Source: an uncultured Acidimicrobiales bacterium (GTDB lineage Bacteria > Actinomycetota > Acidimicrobiia > Acidimicrobiales > CAWCAL01). From it: a stretch of DNA of 64,000 bases. A program made the translations under genes and the position numbers. Below are positions 9,773 through 18,017 of this stretch, in pieces. Each line of letters opens with the position of its first letter. Position 1 is the stretch's first letter. The DNA lies in the NCBI GenBank assembly GCA_963793475.1, contig CAWCAL010000003.1:299628-363627 (forward strand), given 5' to 3'. A model generated the notes under the pieces. The model was not told where the DNA came from. It saw only the letters and a list, made by a program, of their open reading frames with translations, and did no database searches.

Positions 9773-10435
9773 ATGCAACGTTCACGTACCTCCAAACTCC
9801 GATTCGGACTGCTTCCCCTGCTCCTCGCTTTCGCGCTGATCGCCGCCGCCTGTGGTGACGACGATGACGACGCCGGCGACGAGACCGGCGACACCGCCGC
9901 ATCGACTTCGGAGACCGAAGAGATGGCCGACACCGAAGACGAGATGGCCGACACCGAGGACGAGATGGCCGACACCGAAGACGAGATGGCCGACACCGAT
10001 GAGGCCGCCAGCGCCACCATCGTCGACGTCGCCACCGACGCGGGCACCTTCACCACGCTGATCGCTGCCGTTGATGCGGCCGGTCTGACCGAGACCCTGG
10101 TCGGCGAAGGCCCGTTCACGGTCCTGGCGCCCACCGATGAGGCGTTCGCCGCCTTGCCCGAGGGCACGGTCGAGTCACTGCTCGAAGACCCGGAAGGCGC
10201 GCTCACCGACGTCCTGAGCCTGCACGTGATCTCCGGAACCGCCGCACTCTCCACTGACGTTGTCGCCATCGGCGACGGCGGCACCCTGGACACCCTCGGT
10301 GGCCCCGTCTCCGTCAACATCGACGGCGAGGCCGTCTCCTTCGGCACCGGCGACGCTGCCCTGGTGACCGCCGATGTCGAAGCCGACAACGGCGTCATCC
10401 ACATCATCGACGGCGTGATCACCGAAGCCGGCTGA
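9773..10435 (+). CDS. Fasciclin (FAS1) domain lipoprotein
   Basis: Lipoprotein signal LLLAFALIAAACGDDDDD, an acidic repeat linker, then FAS1 motifs GPFTVLAPTDEAFAALP and NGVIHIIDGVI. Confidence 0.9.
   Translation: MQRSRTSKLRFGLLPLLLAFALIAAACGDDDDDAGDETGDTAASTSETEEMADTEDEMADTEDEMADTEDEMADTDEAASATIVDVATDAGTFTTLIAAVDAAGLTETLVGEGPFTVLAPTDEAFAALPEGTVESLLEDPEGALTDVLSLHVISGTAALSTDVVAIGDGGTLDTLGGPVSVNIDGEAVSFGTGDAALVTADVEADNGVIHIIDGVITEAG
9920..10003 (+). repeat. Tandem repeat, 4 x 21 bp (gagatggccgacaccgaRgac), in frame
   Basis: Units at 9920..9940, 9941..9961, 9962..9982 and 9983..10003 differ by 1-3 nt. They encode (EMADTED)x4 in the linker of the fasciclin lipoprotein. Confidence 0.95.
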
Positions 10436-10483
10436 TCCACCGCAATACTCGCACCGCCCCCTCCCAGGACGGGTGGCGCAACA

Positions 10484-10524
10484 GGAGAAGGCAGAGCCTC
10501 TACGATGCGGGCTCTGCCTTCTCC
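10484..10524 (+). terminator. Intrinsic-terminator-like hairpin downstream of the fasciclin gene
   Basis: Perfect 15-bp stem ggagaaggcagagcc (10484..10498) / ggctctgccttctcc (10510..10524) with an 11-nt loop, followed by gccgtttt. Confidence 0.7.
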
Positions 10525-10558
10525 GCCGTTTTGGCCGGAGCACGCTCGCTTCGCTCCC

Positions 10559-11428
10559 GTGACCTTCCACCGCTCCGTCCTCGCCGTCGCCCTCCTGGCC
10601 TGCCTGGTCCTCGCGTCGTGCGGCGATGACGATGACGCATCAGCCGAGGGCTCCGGCGGCGAGACGGCCGAAGCGGGCGAGCGGCCCGTGGACCAGCCCG
10701 ATGTGACCGTGCCCGAGAACGCGCCCGACACGCTCGTCGTCGAAGACCTCACCGAGGGGACCGGGGCGGTGGTCGGGGCCAACGACAGGGTGCGCGTCGA
10801 CTACGTCGGCGTCGCACAGTCCACCGGTGAGCAGTTCGACTCCTCGTACGGACGGGAGCCGGTCGAGTTCCCGCTCAACGGGGTGATCCCGGGGTGGAGC
10901 GAGGGCCTGCTCGGGATGAAGGAAGGGGGCCGTCGGCAGCTGATCATTCCGGCCGACATGGCCTACGGCGATGACCCACCCGACGGCTCGGGGATCGCCC
11001 CCGGCGAGGCACTCGTCTTCGTCATCGACCTGCTGGAGGTGACCGTGGCGTATACCGACAAGCCCGAGGTCGACCTTCCCGAGGAGGCTCCGGCCGAACT
11101 GCTGATCGACGACATCGTGGTCGGCGACGGGGCGGAGATCGAGGCCGTCGAGCCAGGGACCATCGTCACCGTCCAGTACGTGGGCGTGTCGCTCTCCAGC
11201 GGTGAGGAGTTCGACAGCTCGTGGGACAACGGGAGCGGACCGGCCCAGTTCGACATCACCCAGGTGATCGAGGGATGGTCCCAGGGCCTGGTGGGGATGA
11301 AGGAGGGCGGCCAGCGACGCCTGGTCATCCCTCCCGACATGGGGTTCGGCGACGAACCGCCCGAGGGCTCCCCGATCTCAGCCGGCGACACCCTGGTCTT
11401 CGTCGTGGACCTGATCTCGGTCGCCTGA
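10559..11428 (+). CDS. Tandem-domain FKBP-type peptidyl-prolyl cis-trans isomerase lipoprotein
   Basis: Two FKBP domains: FDSSYGREPVEFPLNGVIPGWSEGLLGMKEGGRRQLIIPADMAYG and FDSSWDNGSGPAQFDITQVIEGWSQGLVGMKEGGQRRLVIPPDMGFG. The track start at 10505 lies inside the terminator hairpin. GTG 10559 gives a clean lipoprotein signal (TFHRSVLAVALLACLVLASCGDDDD). Confidence 0.9.
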   Translation: MTFHRSVLAVALLACLVLASCGDDDDASAEGSGGETAEAGERPVDQPDVTVPENAPDTLVVEDLTEGTGAVVGANDRVRVDYVGVAQSTGEQFDSSYGREPVEFPLNGVIPGWSEGLLGMKEGGRRQLIIPADMAYGDDPPDGSGIAPGEALVFVIDLLEVTVAYTDKPEVDLPEEAPAELLIDDIVVGDGAEIEAVEPGTIVTVQYVGVSLSSGEEFDSSWDNGSGPAQFDITQVIEGWSQGLVGMKEGGQRRLVIPPDMGFGDEPPEGSPISAGDTLVFVVDLISVA

Positions 11429-11863
11429 CGGCCTGAGGTCCATCGTGACGTGGTCGCTGGTGTCGCCCACCAGGTCGACCAGCGAGTAGTCCCGGCGTCG
11501 GAACCGCCATGATCCGTCGACGCGCTCGAAGTCGTCGTGGTAGCGGCCGACGATGATGGGCTGAAGCGGGATCCGGTCCGTCGCCTGCAGCACCGTGTAG
11601 GCGGAGCGGGCCGAGGCACGATCCCCGTCCACGAAGATCTGGGCGTTCGTGACGACGTGCCGGGTCCTGGGCGTGCCGTCGTCGTGGAGCTTCACCATGG
11701 TGCGCCACACGTCCAGCAGGGTGGTCGAGTCGACCGGCGGAGCGGCCGGATCCAGGACGATCTCGGCGTGGGCGAACAACTCGGCGGCCGCCTCGAGCCG
11801 ACCGCCGTCGATCAGCTCGGCGTACCGGTACAGCAGGTTGGCGATCTCGGCCTCGTCGGACAC
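11378..11863 (-). CDS. SnoaL-like / NTF2-fold protein
   Basis: GTG 11863 lies 4 nt after the stop of the upstream acyl-CoA dehydrogenase. Sequence SDEAEIANLLYRYAELIDGGRLEAAAELFAHAEIV...GRYHDDFERVDGSWRFRRR is typical of SnoaL_4-type proteins. The 3' end overlaps the FKBP gene by 51 nt and may be mis-set. Confidence 0.7.
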   Translation of the reverse strand: MSDEAEIANLLYRYAELIDGGRLEAAAELFAHAEIVLDPAAPPVDSTTLLDVWRTMVKLHDDGTPRTRHVVTNAQIFVDGDRASARSAYTVLQATDRIPLQPIIVGRYHDDFERVDGSWRFRRRDYSLVDLVGDTSDHVTMDLRPSGDRDQVHDEDQGVAG

Positions 11864-11867
11864 GGTG

Positions 11868-13103
11868 TCAGATGGGGAGATCGCCGGTGGCGGCTCGCGT
11901 GCTGCCGTGGTCCTTGTAGGCCGCAATGGTGCGCTGGGCGATGCGCATCTGATGGACCTCGTCGGCGCCGTCGGCGAATCGGGCCCAGCGGGCGTGCTGA
12001 TACATGTGCGCAAGGGGCGTGTCGGTCGAGTACCCCAGGGCGCCGTGGACCTGGATGGCGCGGTCGATGATCCGGTTGAGGCTGTTGGCCACGAAGTGTT
12101 TGGCCATCGAGACCTCACTCTTGAAATCCTGCCCGGTGTCGATCTTGTGGGCCGCGTGGAGCACCATGAGCTTGCACTGGTACATCTCCATGGCCGAGTC
12201 GGCGATCATCCACTGGATCCCCTGCTTCTCGGCCAGGATCGACCCGTGGGCGAACCGGTTCAGCGAGCGGTCCACCATCATGTCCAGCGCGGTCTCGGCC
12301 TGGGCGATCCAGCGCATGCAGTGCGCCAGCCGGGCCGGCCCCAGGCGGTACTGACCCAGCAGATGGCCCTGGCCCCGCCCGCCCAGCATCCGGTCCTTGT
12401 GGACCCGCAGGTCCTCGATGACGATCTCGGAGTGTCCGGTGGAGCCGTGCATGGTCTCGATCTGGCGCACCTCGTTCCACCCGTCCTGCGGGATGTCGAC
12501 GATGAACGCGGTGTTGGCGGCCTGCGGTCGGTCGGGGGCGTCCTCGGTGCGGACGATCAGGATGGCGAAGCTGGCCCGGTGGGCATTGGAGATGAACCAC
12601 TTGTGGCCGTTGATCACCCACTCGTCGCCGTCCTCGTAGCCCTGGGTCTGGATCAGCGTCGGATCGCTGCCCGCCACCTCGGGTTCGGTCATGGCGAAGC
12701 ACGACCAGGTCGACCCCTCGCAGAGGGGCCGCAGATACTGCTCCTTCTGCTCATCGGTCGCCCAGTGCAGCAGCGTGTGCATGTTGCCCTCGTCGGGAGC
12801 CTGGCAGTTCAGCACCCAGGGTCCGTAGTAGGACCGGGCCGACTCGGCCTGCACCATTGCCAGCTCGACGTGCCCCAGCCCCATGCCGCCCCACTCTTCG
12901 GGCATGTGTGGCAGCCACAGGCCGGCCGCATGGGCCTGCTTGCGCAGGTTGATCAGCGCGCTGATGTAGGCGTCGCGATCGTGCTTCTCCAGCTGGTCGG
13001 ACTGGATCCGGTCCTCCTCCGGCTTGACCACGTCGCGGATGAAGTCGCTGACGCGAACGCGGATCTCCTCGACCTCGGGCGGAAAGCTGAAGTCGATGGC
13101 CAT
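11868..13103 (-). CDS. Acyl-CoA dehydrogenase
   Basis: Intact 411-aa ORF. Motifs: CFAMTEPEVAGSDPTLIQTQGYEDGDEWVINGHKWFISNA and RFADGADEVHQMRIA. Confidence 0.92.
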   Translation of the reverse strand: MAIDFSFPPEVEEIRVRVSDFIRDVVKPEEDRIQSDQLEKHDRDAYISALINLRKQAHAAGLWLPHMPEEWGGMGLGHVELAMVQAESARSYYGPWVLNCQAPDEGNMHTLLHWATDEQKEQYLRPLCEGSTWSCFAMTEPEVAGSDPTLIQTQGYEDGDEWVINGHKWFISNAHRASFAILIVRTEDAPDRPQAANTAFIVDIPQDGWNEVRQIETMHGSTGHSEIVIEDLRVHKDRMLGGRGQGHLLGQYRLGPARLAHCMRWIAQAETALDMMVDRSLNRFAHGSILAEKQGIQWMIADSAMEMYQCKLMVLHAAHKIDTGQDFKSEVSMAKHFVANSLNRIIDRAIQVHGALGYSTDTPLAHMYQHARWARFADGADEVHQMRIAQRTIAAYKDHGSTRAATGDLPI

Positions 13104-13206
13104 GCGCAGTCCTCTCGGGGAACCGGGTGAAGGTGGCGGCCATCATCGCGTACCGCGGACGGATCGGGCAGGCCGGTACCGTGGCGCGACCGAACGGAGG
13201 TGACGC

Positions 13207-14697
13207 ATGGGCCAGTCCCGACCCGATGACCTGCCGATCAAGCTGGGCCCCTGCTCCAACGGCGAGTTCCTCCCGCCGCCGCCCAGTGCGGTGGTGCAGG
13301 AGACCGTGCGCCGAACCCGCGCCACCGCGGATCGCCACGCCCGCCGCTTGGGGATGAGCCGGCGCCGGTTCCTGCACACGGCATGCGGCTCGGCGCTCAT
13401 GCTGCTCACCCTCGACGCCTGCAGCCGGGAGGAGGCCGCGTCCAACGGCGGGTCGGCTCCCGGCGGGTCGTTCGCGACGACGCTGCCGCCCGGGGCGGTC
13501 GAGGATCAGGACGAAGCGGCACGCGTGCTGGCGGGCGACGAGTTCATCTTCGACGTCCAGGGGCACCTGTTGGACTACGACCTGTCGGACGGGAGTCCGT
13601 ACGACGGCTCTCCCTATCTCGGGCAGGCCTTCCCGCAGAAGGACTGCGGGGAGGACGACCCTCGGGCCTGCTTCTCGATCGAGCAGTTCGCCGATCTGGT
13701 CTTCCTGCAGAGCGACACCTCCGCCGTCGTGCTCTCCGCCCTCCCGCTGTTCGGGCCGGACAACCCGCTCTCGATCGAGTCGATGGAACGGGCCAGGGCC
13801 GTCATCGACGGCCTGTGCCGTGACGAGCGCGTGTCCGCCCAGGGCCAGGCCGCACCCAACCTGGGCGACCTGGAGGCGTCCCTGGAGGCCATGAGCGCGA
13901 TGCGGGAGCAGCACGACCTGGCGGCGTGGAAGCTGTATTGCCATGCGCCCGCTGACCGGGCCTTCTTTCTCGACGACCACGATCCGTCCGCACCGCAGAT
14001 CGGTCGAGCCCTGCTGGACCACCTCACCGAGATCGGGCCGCCGATCCTCTGCGTCCACAAGGGGCTCCGAGCCGTCGGCGGCGGCGCGGAGCGATTCGCC
14101 AGTCCGGTCGACGTGGGCCCGGCCGCCGTGACCCATCCGGACCTCTCCTTCGTCGTGTACCACTCGGGGTACGAGGCCGATGTGACCGAGGGGCCGTATC
14201 AGAACGAGGGCGAGCCGGCGGGGGTCGATCGCCTGGTCCGATCGCTGGCGGACGCCGGGGTGGGTGCCGGGTCCAACGTGTACGCCGAGCTGGGCAGCAC
14301 GTGGCGGGCGGTGATGGGTGATCCCGACCAGGCGGCCCATGTGCTGGGCAAGCTCCTGGTGGCGGTCGGGCCCGATCGGCTGGTGTGGGGCACCGATTCG
14401 ATCTGGTACGGGTCGCCGCAGGACCAGATCGAGGCGCTGCGGGCCTTCGAGATCACCGAGGAGTTCCAGGAACGTTTCGGCTATCCGGCGCTGACCCCGG
14501 CCGTGAAGGAACGGATCTTCGGGCTCAATTCAGCCGAGCTGTACGGAATCGAGCCCTCGGCCGTTTCCTGCACGTTCTCCCGCGACGAGTTGGCGATCGC
14601 ACGCCAAGAGCTGGCCCTCCCGTTCTCGACGTTCGGCCCCACCACGGCCCAGCAGGTCGACCAGCTCCTGGTGGACCACGGCGCGATCCTCGCCTGA
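13207..14697 (+). CDS. Amidohydrolase-family (TIM-barrel metal hydrolase) protein with a Tat-lipoprotein-like signal
   Basis: GGAGGTG at 13196..13202 precedes ATG 13207. The twin-arginine motif MSRRRFLHTACGSALMLLTLDAC begins at internal ATG 13354, which is an alternative start. C-terminal RLVWGTDSIWYGSPQ is typical of Amidohydro_2. Confidence 0.8.
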   Translation: MGQSRPDDLPIKLGPCSNGEFLPPPPSAVVQETVRRTRATADRHARRLGMSRRRFLHTACGSALMLLTLDACSREEAASNGGSAPGGSFATTLPPGAVEDQDEAARVLAGDEFIFDVQGHLLDYDLSDGSPYDGSPYLGQAFPQKDCGEDDPRACFSIEQFADLVFLQSDTSAVVLSALPLFGPDNPLSIESMERARAVIDGLCRDERVSAQGQAAPNLGDLEASLEAMSAMREQHDLAAWKLYCHAPADRAFFLDDHDPSAPQIGRALLDHLTEIGPPILCVHKGLRAVGGGAERFASPVDVGPAAVTHPDLSFVVYHSGYEADVTEGPYQNEGEPAGVDRLVRSLADAGVGAGSNVYAELGSTWRAVMGDPDQAAHVLGKLLVAVGPDRLVWGTDSIWYGSPQDQIEALRAFEITEEFQERFGYPALTPAVKERIFGLNSAELYGIEPSAVSCTFSRDELAIARQELALPFSTFGPTTAQQVDQLLVDHGAILA

Positions 14698-14765
14698 GGC
14701 AGTTGGGCCTGTTCTCGCCGGGCGGCTCCCGTCCCGACCGGGAAGCGGCCCCCTACGATGGGACC

Positions 14766-15092
14766 GTGGATTTCACGTGTTGTGCTCCGGTGACCTCGGA
14801 GGCTCTCTCCGAGGAGGACGCCACCGAGGTGGCTGCGGTCATGAAGGCGTTGGCCGACCCGGCCCGTCTTCGCCTGTTGAGCATCATCGCCACCAGTCCG
14901 ACCGGTGAGGCCTGCTCGTGTGATCTCGTCGCACCACTCGGCCGGTCCCAGCCGACGGTCAGCCATCATCTCGGCCAACTGGTCGATGCGGGAATCCTCG
15001 AGCGCGAGCAGCGGGGCCGCTGGGCCTGGTTCAGCGTGGCGCCCGAGACGCTCACCCAGGTCTGCCGCATCCTGGGCACCACCTGCGACTGA
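14766..15092 (+). CDS. ArsR/SmtB-family metalloregulator
   Basis: In-frame GTG 14766 within track ORF 14385..15092. Motifs: ALADPARLRLLSIIATSPTGEACSCDLVAPLGRSQPTVSHHLGQLVDAGIL (wHTH plus a CxC metal site). Confidence 0.9.
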   Translation: MDFTCCAPVTSEALSEEDATEVAAVMKALADPARLRLLSIIATSPTGEACSCDLVAPLGRSQPTVSHHLGQLVDAGILEREQRGRWAWFSVAPETLTQVCRILGTTCD

Positions 15093-15123
15093 GCACTCTG
15101 GGGGTCAGGCCCCGAGCGTGCTC
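15091..15123. terminator. Bidirectional hairpin between convergent arsR-like and LLM genes
   Basis: gagcactctgggggtcaggccccgagcgtgctc. Outer stem GAGCAC/GTGCTC, inner GGGG/CCCC, apex tcagg. It starts immediately after the arsR-like stop and overlaps the LLM stop. Confidence 0.65.
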
Positions 15124-15994
15124 ACTTGACCTTCGAGATGACCTCGTCGGCGTACCACTGGATGGCGCCGACCTTCTCGTCCAATGACTGGGTGTCCTGG
15201 GCCATGGCGTAGGCGTCGCGGAACCCGACGATCACGTCGGTGATCCCCCGCGCCTCGAGCTTCTCGATCCCCTCGGGGGTGTACGCCTCGATCGAGATGA
15301 CATAGGTGGCGAACGGCGCATCCTCACGACCCAGCTCGCGGCGGTAGTCGGTGAGTTGGGCCAGCAGACCATCGAGCTGCTCGGGATCTCCGCCGGCATG
15401 GAGCCAGCCGTCCAGGCGCGCCGCACGACGCAGGGCCTTCTCGCCGTGCCCGCCGATCATGATCGGCAACGGCTCGGTGGGGACCGGACAGATCTTGGCC
15501 GACGGCACCGTGAAGATCTCCCCGTCGTAGCTGAAGTACTCCCCCGTTCCCAGGCCCTGGATGATGTCGATCATTTCGTCCATCCGCTTGCCCCGGCGCT
15601 CCCACGGCACTCCGCAGATCTCGTAGTCGTCAGGCCACGGGCTGGTGCCGACGCCGAAGTGGAAGCGGTTGTCGCTCATCACGGCGACCGAAGCAGCCGA
15701 CTTGGCCACCAGGACCGGATTCCGGATCGGGAGCTTCACCACGAAGGTCGTGAACGTCAGCCGTTCGGTCACCGCCGCCATGGCCGGGATCAGCGTGAAC
15801 GGCTCGATGAACGGCTTGTCCTCCAGGAACTCCCGGTTGCCATCGGGGGTGTAGGGGTAGGTGCTGTCCGACACCTCCGGATAGCAGATGCTGTCCGGAA
15901 CGATGAACGCGTCGAATCCGGCCGCTTCGGCCGCCTGGGCCAGCGGCAGGTAGTAGCTGGGGTCGGTCATGCTCTCGGCGAACGCGAACCGCAT
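15122..15994 (-). CDS. LLM-class (luciferase-like, probably F420-dependent) oxidoreductase
   Basis: Intact 290-aa ORF with overall LLM pattern (MRFAFAESMTDPSYYLPLAQAAEAAGFDAFIVPD..., FHFGVGTSPW, PIMIGGHGEKALRRAA). Confidence 0.85.
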   Translation of the reverse strand: MRFAFAESMTDPSYYLPLAQAAEAAGFDAFIVPDSICYPEVSDSTYPYTPDGNREFLEDKPFIEPFTLIPAMAAVTERLTFTTFVVKLPIRNPVLVAKSAASVAVMSDNRFHFGVGTSPWPDDYEICGVPWERRGKRMDEMIDIIQGLGTGEYFSYDGEIFTVPSAKICPVPTEPLPIMIGGHGEKALRRAARLDGWLHAGGDPEQLDGLLAQLTDYRRELGREDAPFATYVISIEAYTPEGIEKLEARGITDVIVGFRDAYAMAQDTQSLDEKVGAIQWYADEVISKVK

Positions 15995-16064
15995 CGGGTC
16001 TCCTCATCGCAGGCGGGGCCCGATGCTGACCCAGCAGGGGGTCGCGGCGCAATAGCCTGACGCC

Positions 16065-17169
16065 GTGCTGGAGGTGCTCGCTGTCGTCGTCGGGGTTGCG
16101 CTGGTCGTCACCGCGCTGGCCGACATGTTGAACACGTTGGTCACCACCCAGACGTCCCAGGCCCGGTGGTGGCTCACCGGGCAGATCTACCGGCGCAGCT
16201 GGACGGTGATGCGGTGGATCGCCAGCCACCTGCGCGACGAGCGGATCGCCGACCGGTTGCTGGGCACGTTCGCCCCCCTGTCGGTCCTCCTGCTGCTGAC
16301 CGCGTGGGTGGTGCAGCAAATCGTCGGGTTCGGCCTGATCTGGTGGGGCGTGGGCGGGCTCTCGGGCGCCGGCTCGTTGGGCGACGCGCTCTACTACTCG
16401 GGGGTCGTCTACTTCACACTGGGCTTCGGCGAGGTCGTGCCTGCCGAGGCGGTGCCCCGTATCGGCGCGCTCGTCGAGGCCTTCGCCGGCGTACTCACCA
16501 CCGCGATGGTCATCGGCTACCTGCCGGCCATGTACTCGGCCTACAGCGAGCGCGAGCGGAAGCTGATGACCCTCGACGCGGGGACGTCCGAGCGCATCAC
16601 TCCGACCGCATTGGTCATCTCCCGCTCACCCTCGGCCGACCCCGACGAGCTCGTCTCCTTCTTCGAGGGCTGGGAGGATTGGGTGGCCGGGGTGATCGAG
16701 ACCCATACCAGCTTCCCGATGCTCATGCTGTTCCGCTCCCAGCACCGGGGCCAGAACTGGGTCACGGCCCTCGGCCTGCTCTCCGATGCCGCACTTCAGT
16801 GTCAGATGATCCGCGGGAGCGGAGAACCGGGCGCCGTACTGGATGTTCCGCCGCTCGGTGCGCCTGTTCCGGATGCTCACCGAGGGAGCAGACCTGAGCG
16901 AGTACCGGACGCGATTCGACGAGGTCTACGCCACAGACCAGAACGAGATGTGGGCCGACCTCTACCACGAGCTCGAGGCGCACGGGTTCGACCTGGTTCC
17001 CGAGCGCGTGGCCCGCCAGCGCACGCAAGAGCTGCGACGTGAGTTCGACGCCCGGCTCGAGTTCCTCATCGACGAGCTGATGGCACCGCGAGGATTCTGG
17101 GGCCACGACGTGGCGGCCCAGGGAGAGCACGCGTCGCTGCCGACCATCCGACCCGATCGGTCAGAGTGA
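16065..17169 (+). CDS. Two-TM potassium-channel-like protein with C-terminal cytoplasmic domain (one frameshift as assembled)
   Basis: Track ORFs 16065..17042 and 16843..17169 join as ...ALQCQMIRGSGE | (N)RAPYWMFRRSVRLFRMLTEG..., with the frame change between about 16812 and 16838. The pore region YYSGVVYFTLGFGEVVP carries a TxGxGE selectivity-filter-like motif. Confidence 0.75.
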
Positions 17170-18009
17170 CGGCACGCCGCACACGATGTCGCCGCGCACG
17201 CAGGCGTTGATCTCGTGGTCGAGGGCGTCGGGTTCCCAGGTGTTGAAGAAGTCGGCGTGCGCCGTGTACGGCGACCCCGATGCCAGCACCAACATCGATG
17301 GGTCGCCCCAGAACGGGTACTGGACGATGAACTCCAACTGCGCCACCGGGACCGGATGGTCGTCGTCGCATCGGCCGCGCTCGCTGTACGACATGTGGCT
17401 CTTGTGGTCAGCCGAGTCCAGGTTGACCCCGTCCCAGCAGTCGGGGAAGACGACGTGGAGCCGGAGCGCCGCCCGCTCCGAGCATTGGGCGGGGGCGGCG
17501 GTGAGCCGGGGGTTGGCGCCACATCCCCATCCGACGATGTCGGTCGACTGCGCCTCTCGTGAGGATGCGTCGCCGGCGATGATCTTCAGTCCGTACGGCA
17601 ACGACCCGACGGTGGTGTGGTCGACCCCCGGAGCGGCGCGGTAGTACGCGTCGGAGCTGGCCGGATCGATCTTCTCGCCGTCGTGGTAGAGCGCAGGTGC
17701 CCAGTAGCTGGCACGATCCTGCTTGATCTGGCAGGTCGTGGGACCACCCTCGAGAGACTCGGCGGTGGAGAAGGCGTCGACCTCGGTGGCGCCGAAGAAG
17801 TCGTGCATGTGCGAGAACCCGGGTTGGCCGGGAAAGACGATGGGATCATCGGGCGCCGAGTGGCTGGCATGGCACTCGACGACCAGGCGACCGCGACTTC
17901 TGGCCAGCGCATCGGCCGAGTCGCTTCGGGCGCCGATGACCATGCCCGCGGCGACCAGTGCCAGCACGGCCACCGCGGCGGCGATGGCCGGACGGCGAGT
18001 GCGGCCCAC
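17161..18009 (-). CDS. DUF1996 domain-containing exported protein
   Basis: Intact 282-aa ORF with an N-terminal anchor/signal. Motifs SHMHDFFG, ASYWAPALY, RLHVVFPDCWDG and DHKSHMSY are typical of DUF1996 as I recall it. Confidence 0.75.
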   Translation of the reverse strand: MGRTRRPAIAAAVAVLALVAAGMVIGARSDSADALARSRGRLVVECHASHSAPDDPIVFPGQPGFSHMHDFFGATEVDAFSTAESLEGGPTTCQIKQDRASYWAPALYHDGEKIDPASSDAYYRAAPGVDHTTVGSLPYGLKIIAGDASSREAQSTDIVGWGCGANPRLTAAPAQCSERAALRLHVVFPDCWDGVNLDSADHKSHMSYSERGRCDDDHPVPVAQLEFIVQYPFWGDPSMLVLASGSPYTAHADFFNTWEPDALDHEINACVRGDIVCGVPSL

Positions 18010-18017
18010 GGCTCGAC

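Noticed and set aside
9920-10003. Possible CRISPR array, because of regularly spaced 21-bp repeats
   Set aside because: The units are directly tandem with no spacers, lie in frame inside a lipoprotein gene, and no cas genes are present.
10505-10558. ORF-track start ATG 10505 for the FKBP gene
   Set aside because: That ATG lies inside the loop and 3' arm of the terminator hairpin 10484..10524. GTG 10559 yields a canonical lipoprotein signal peptide.
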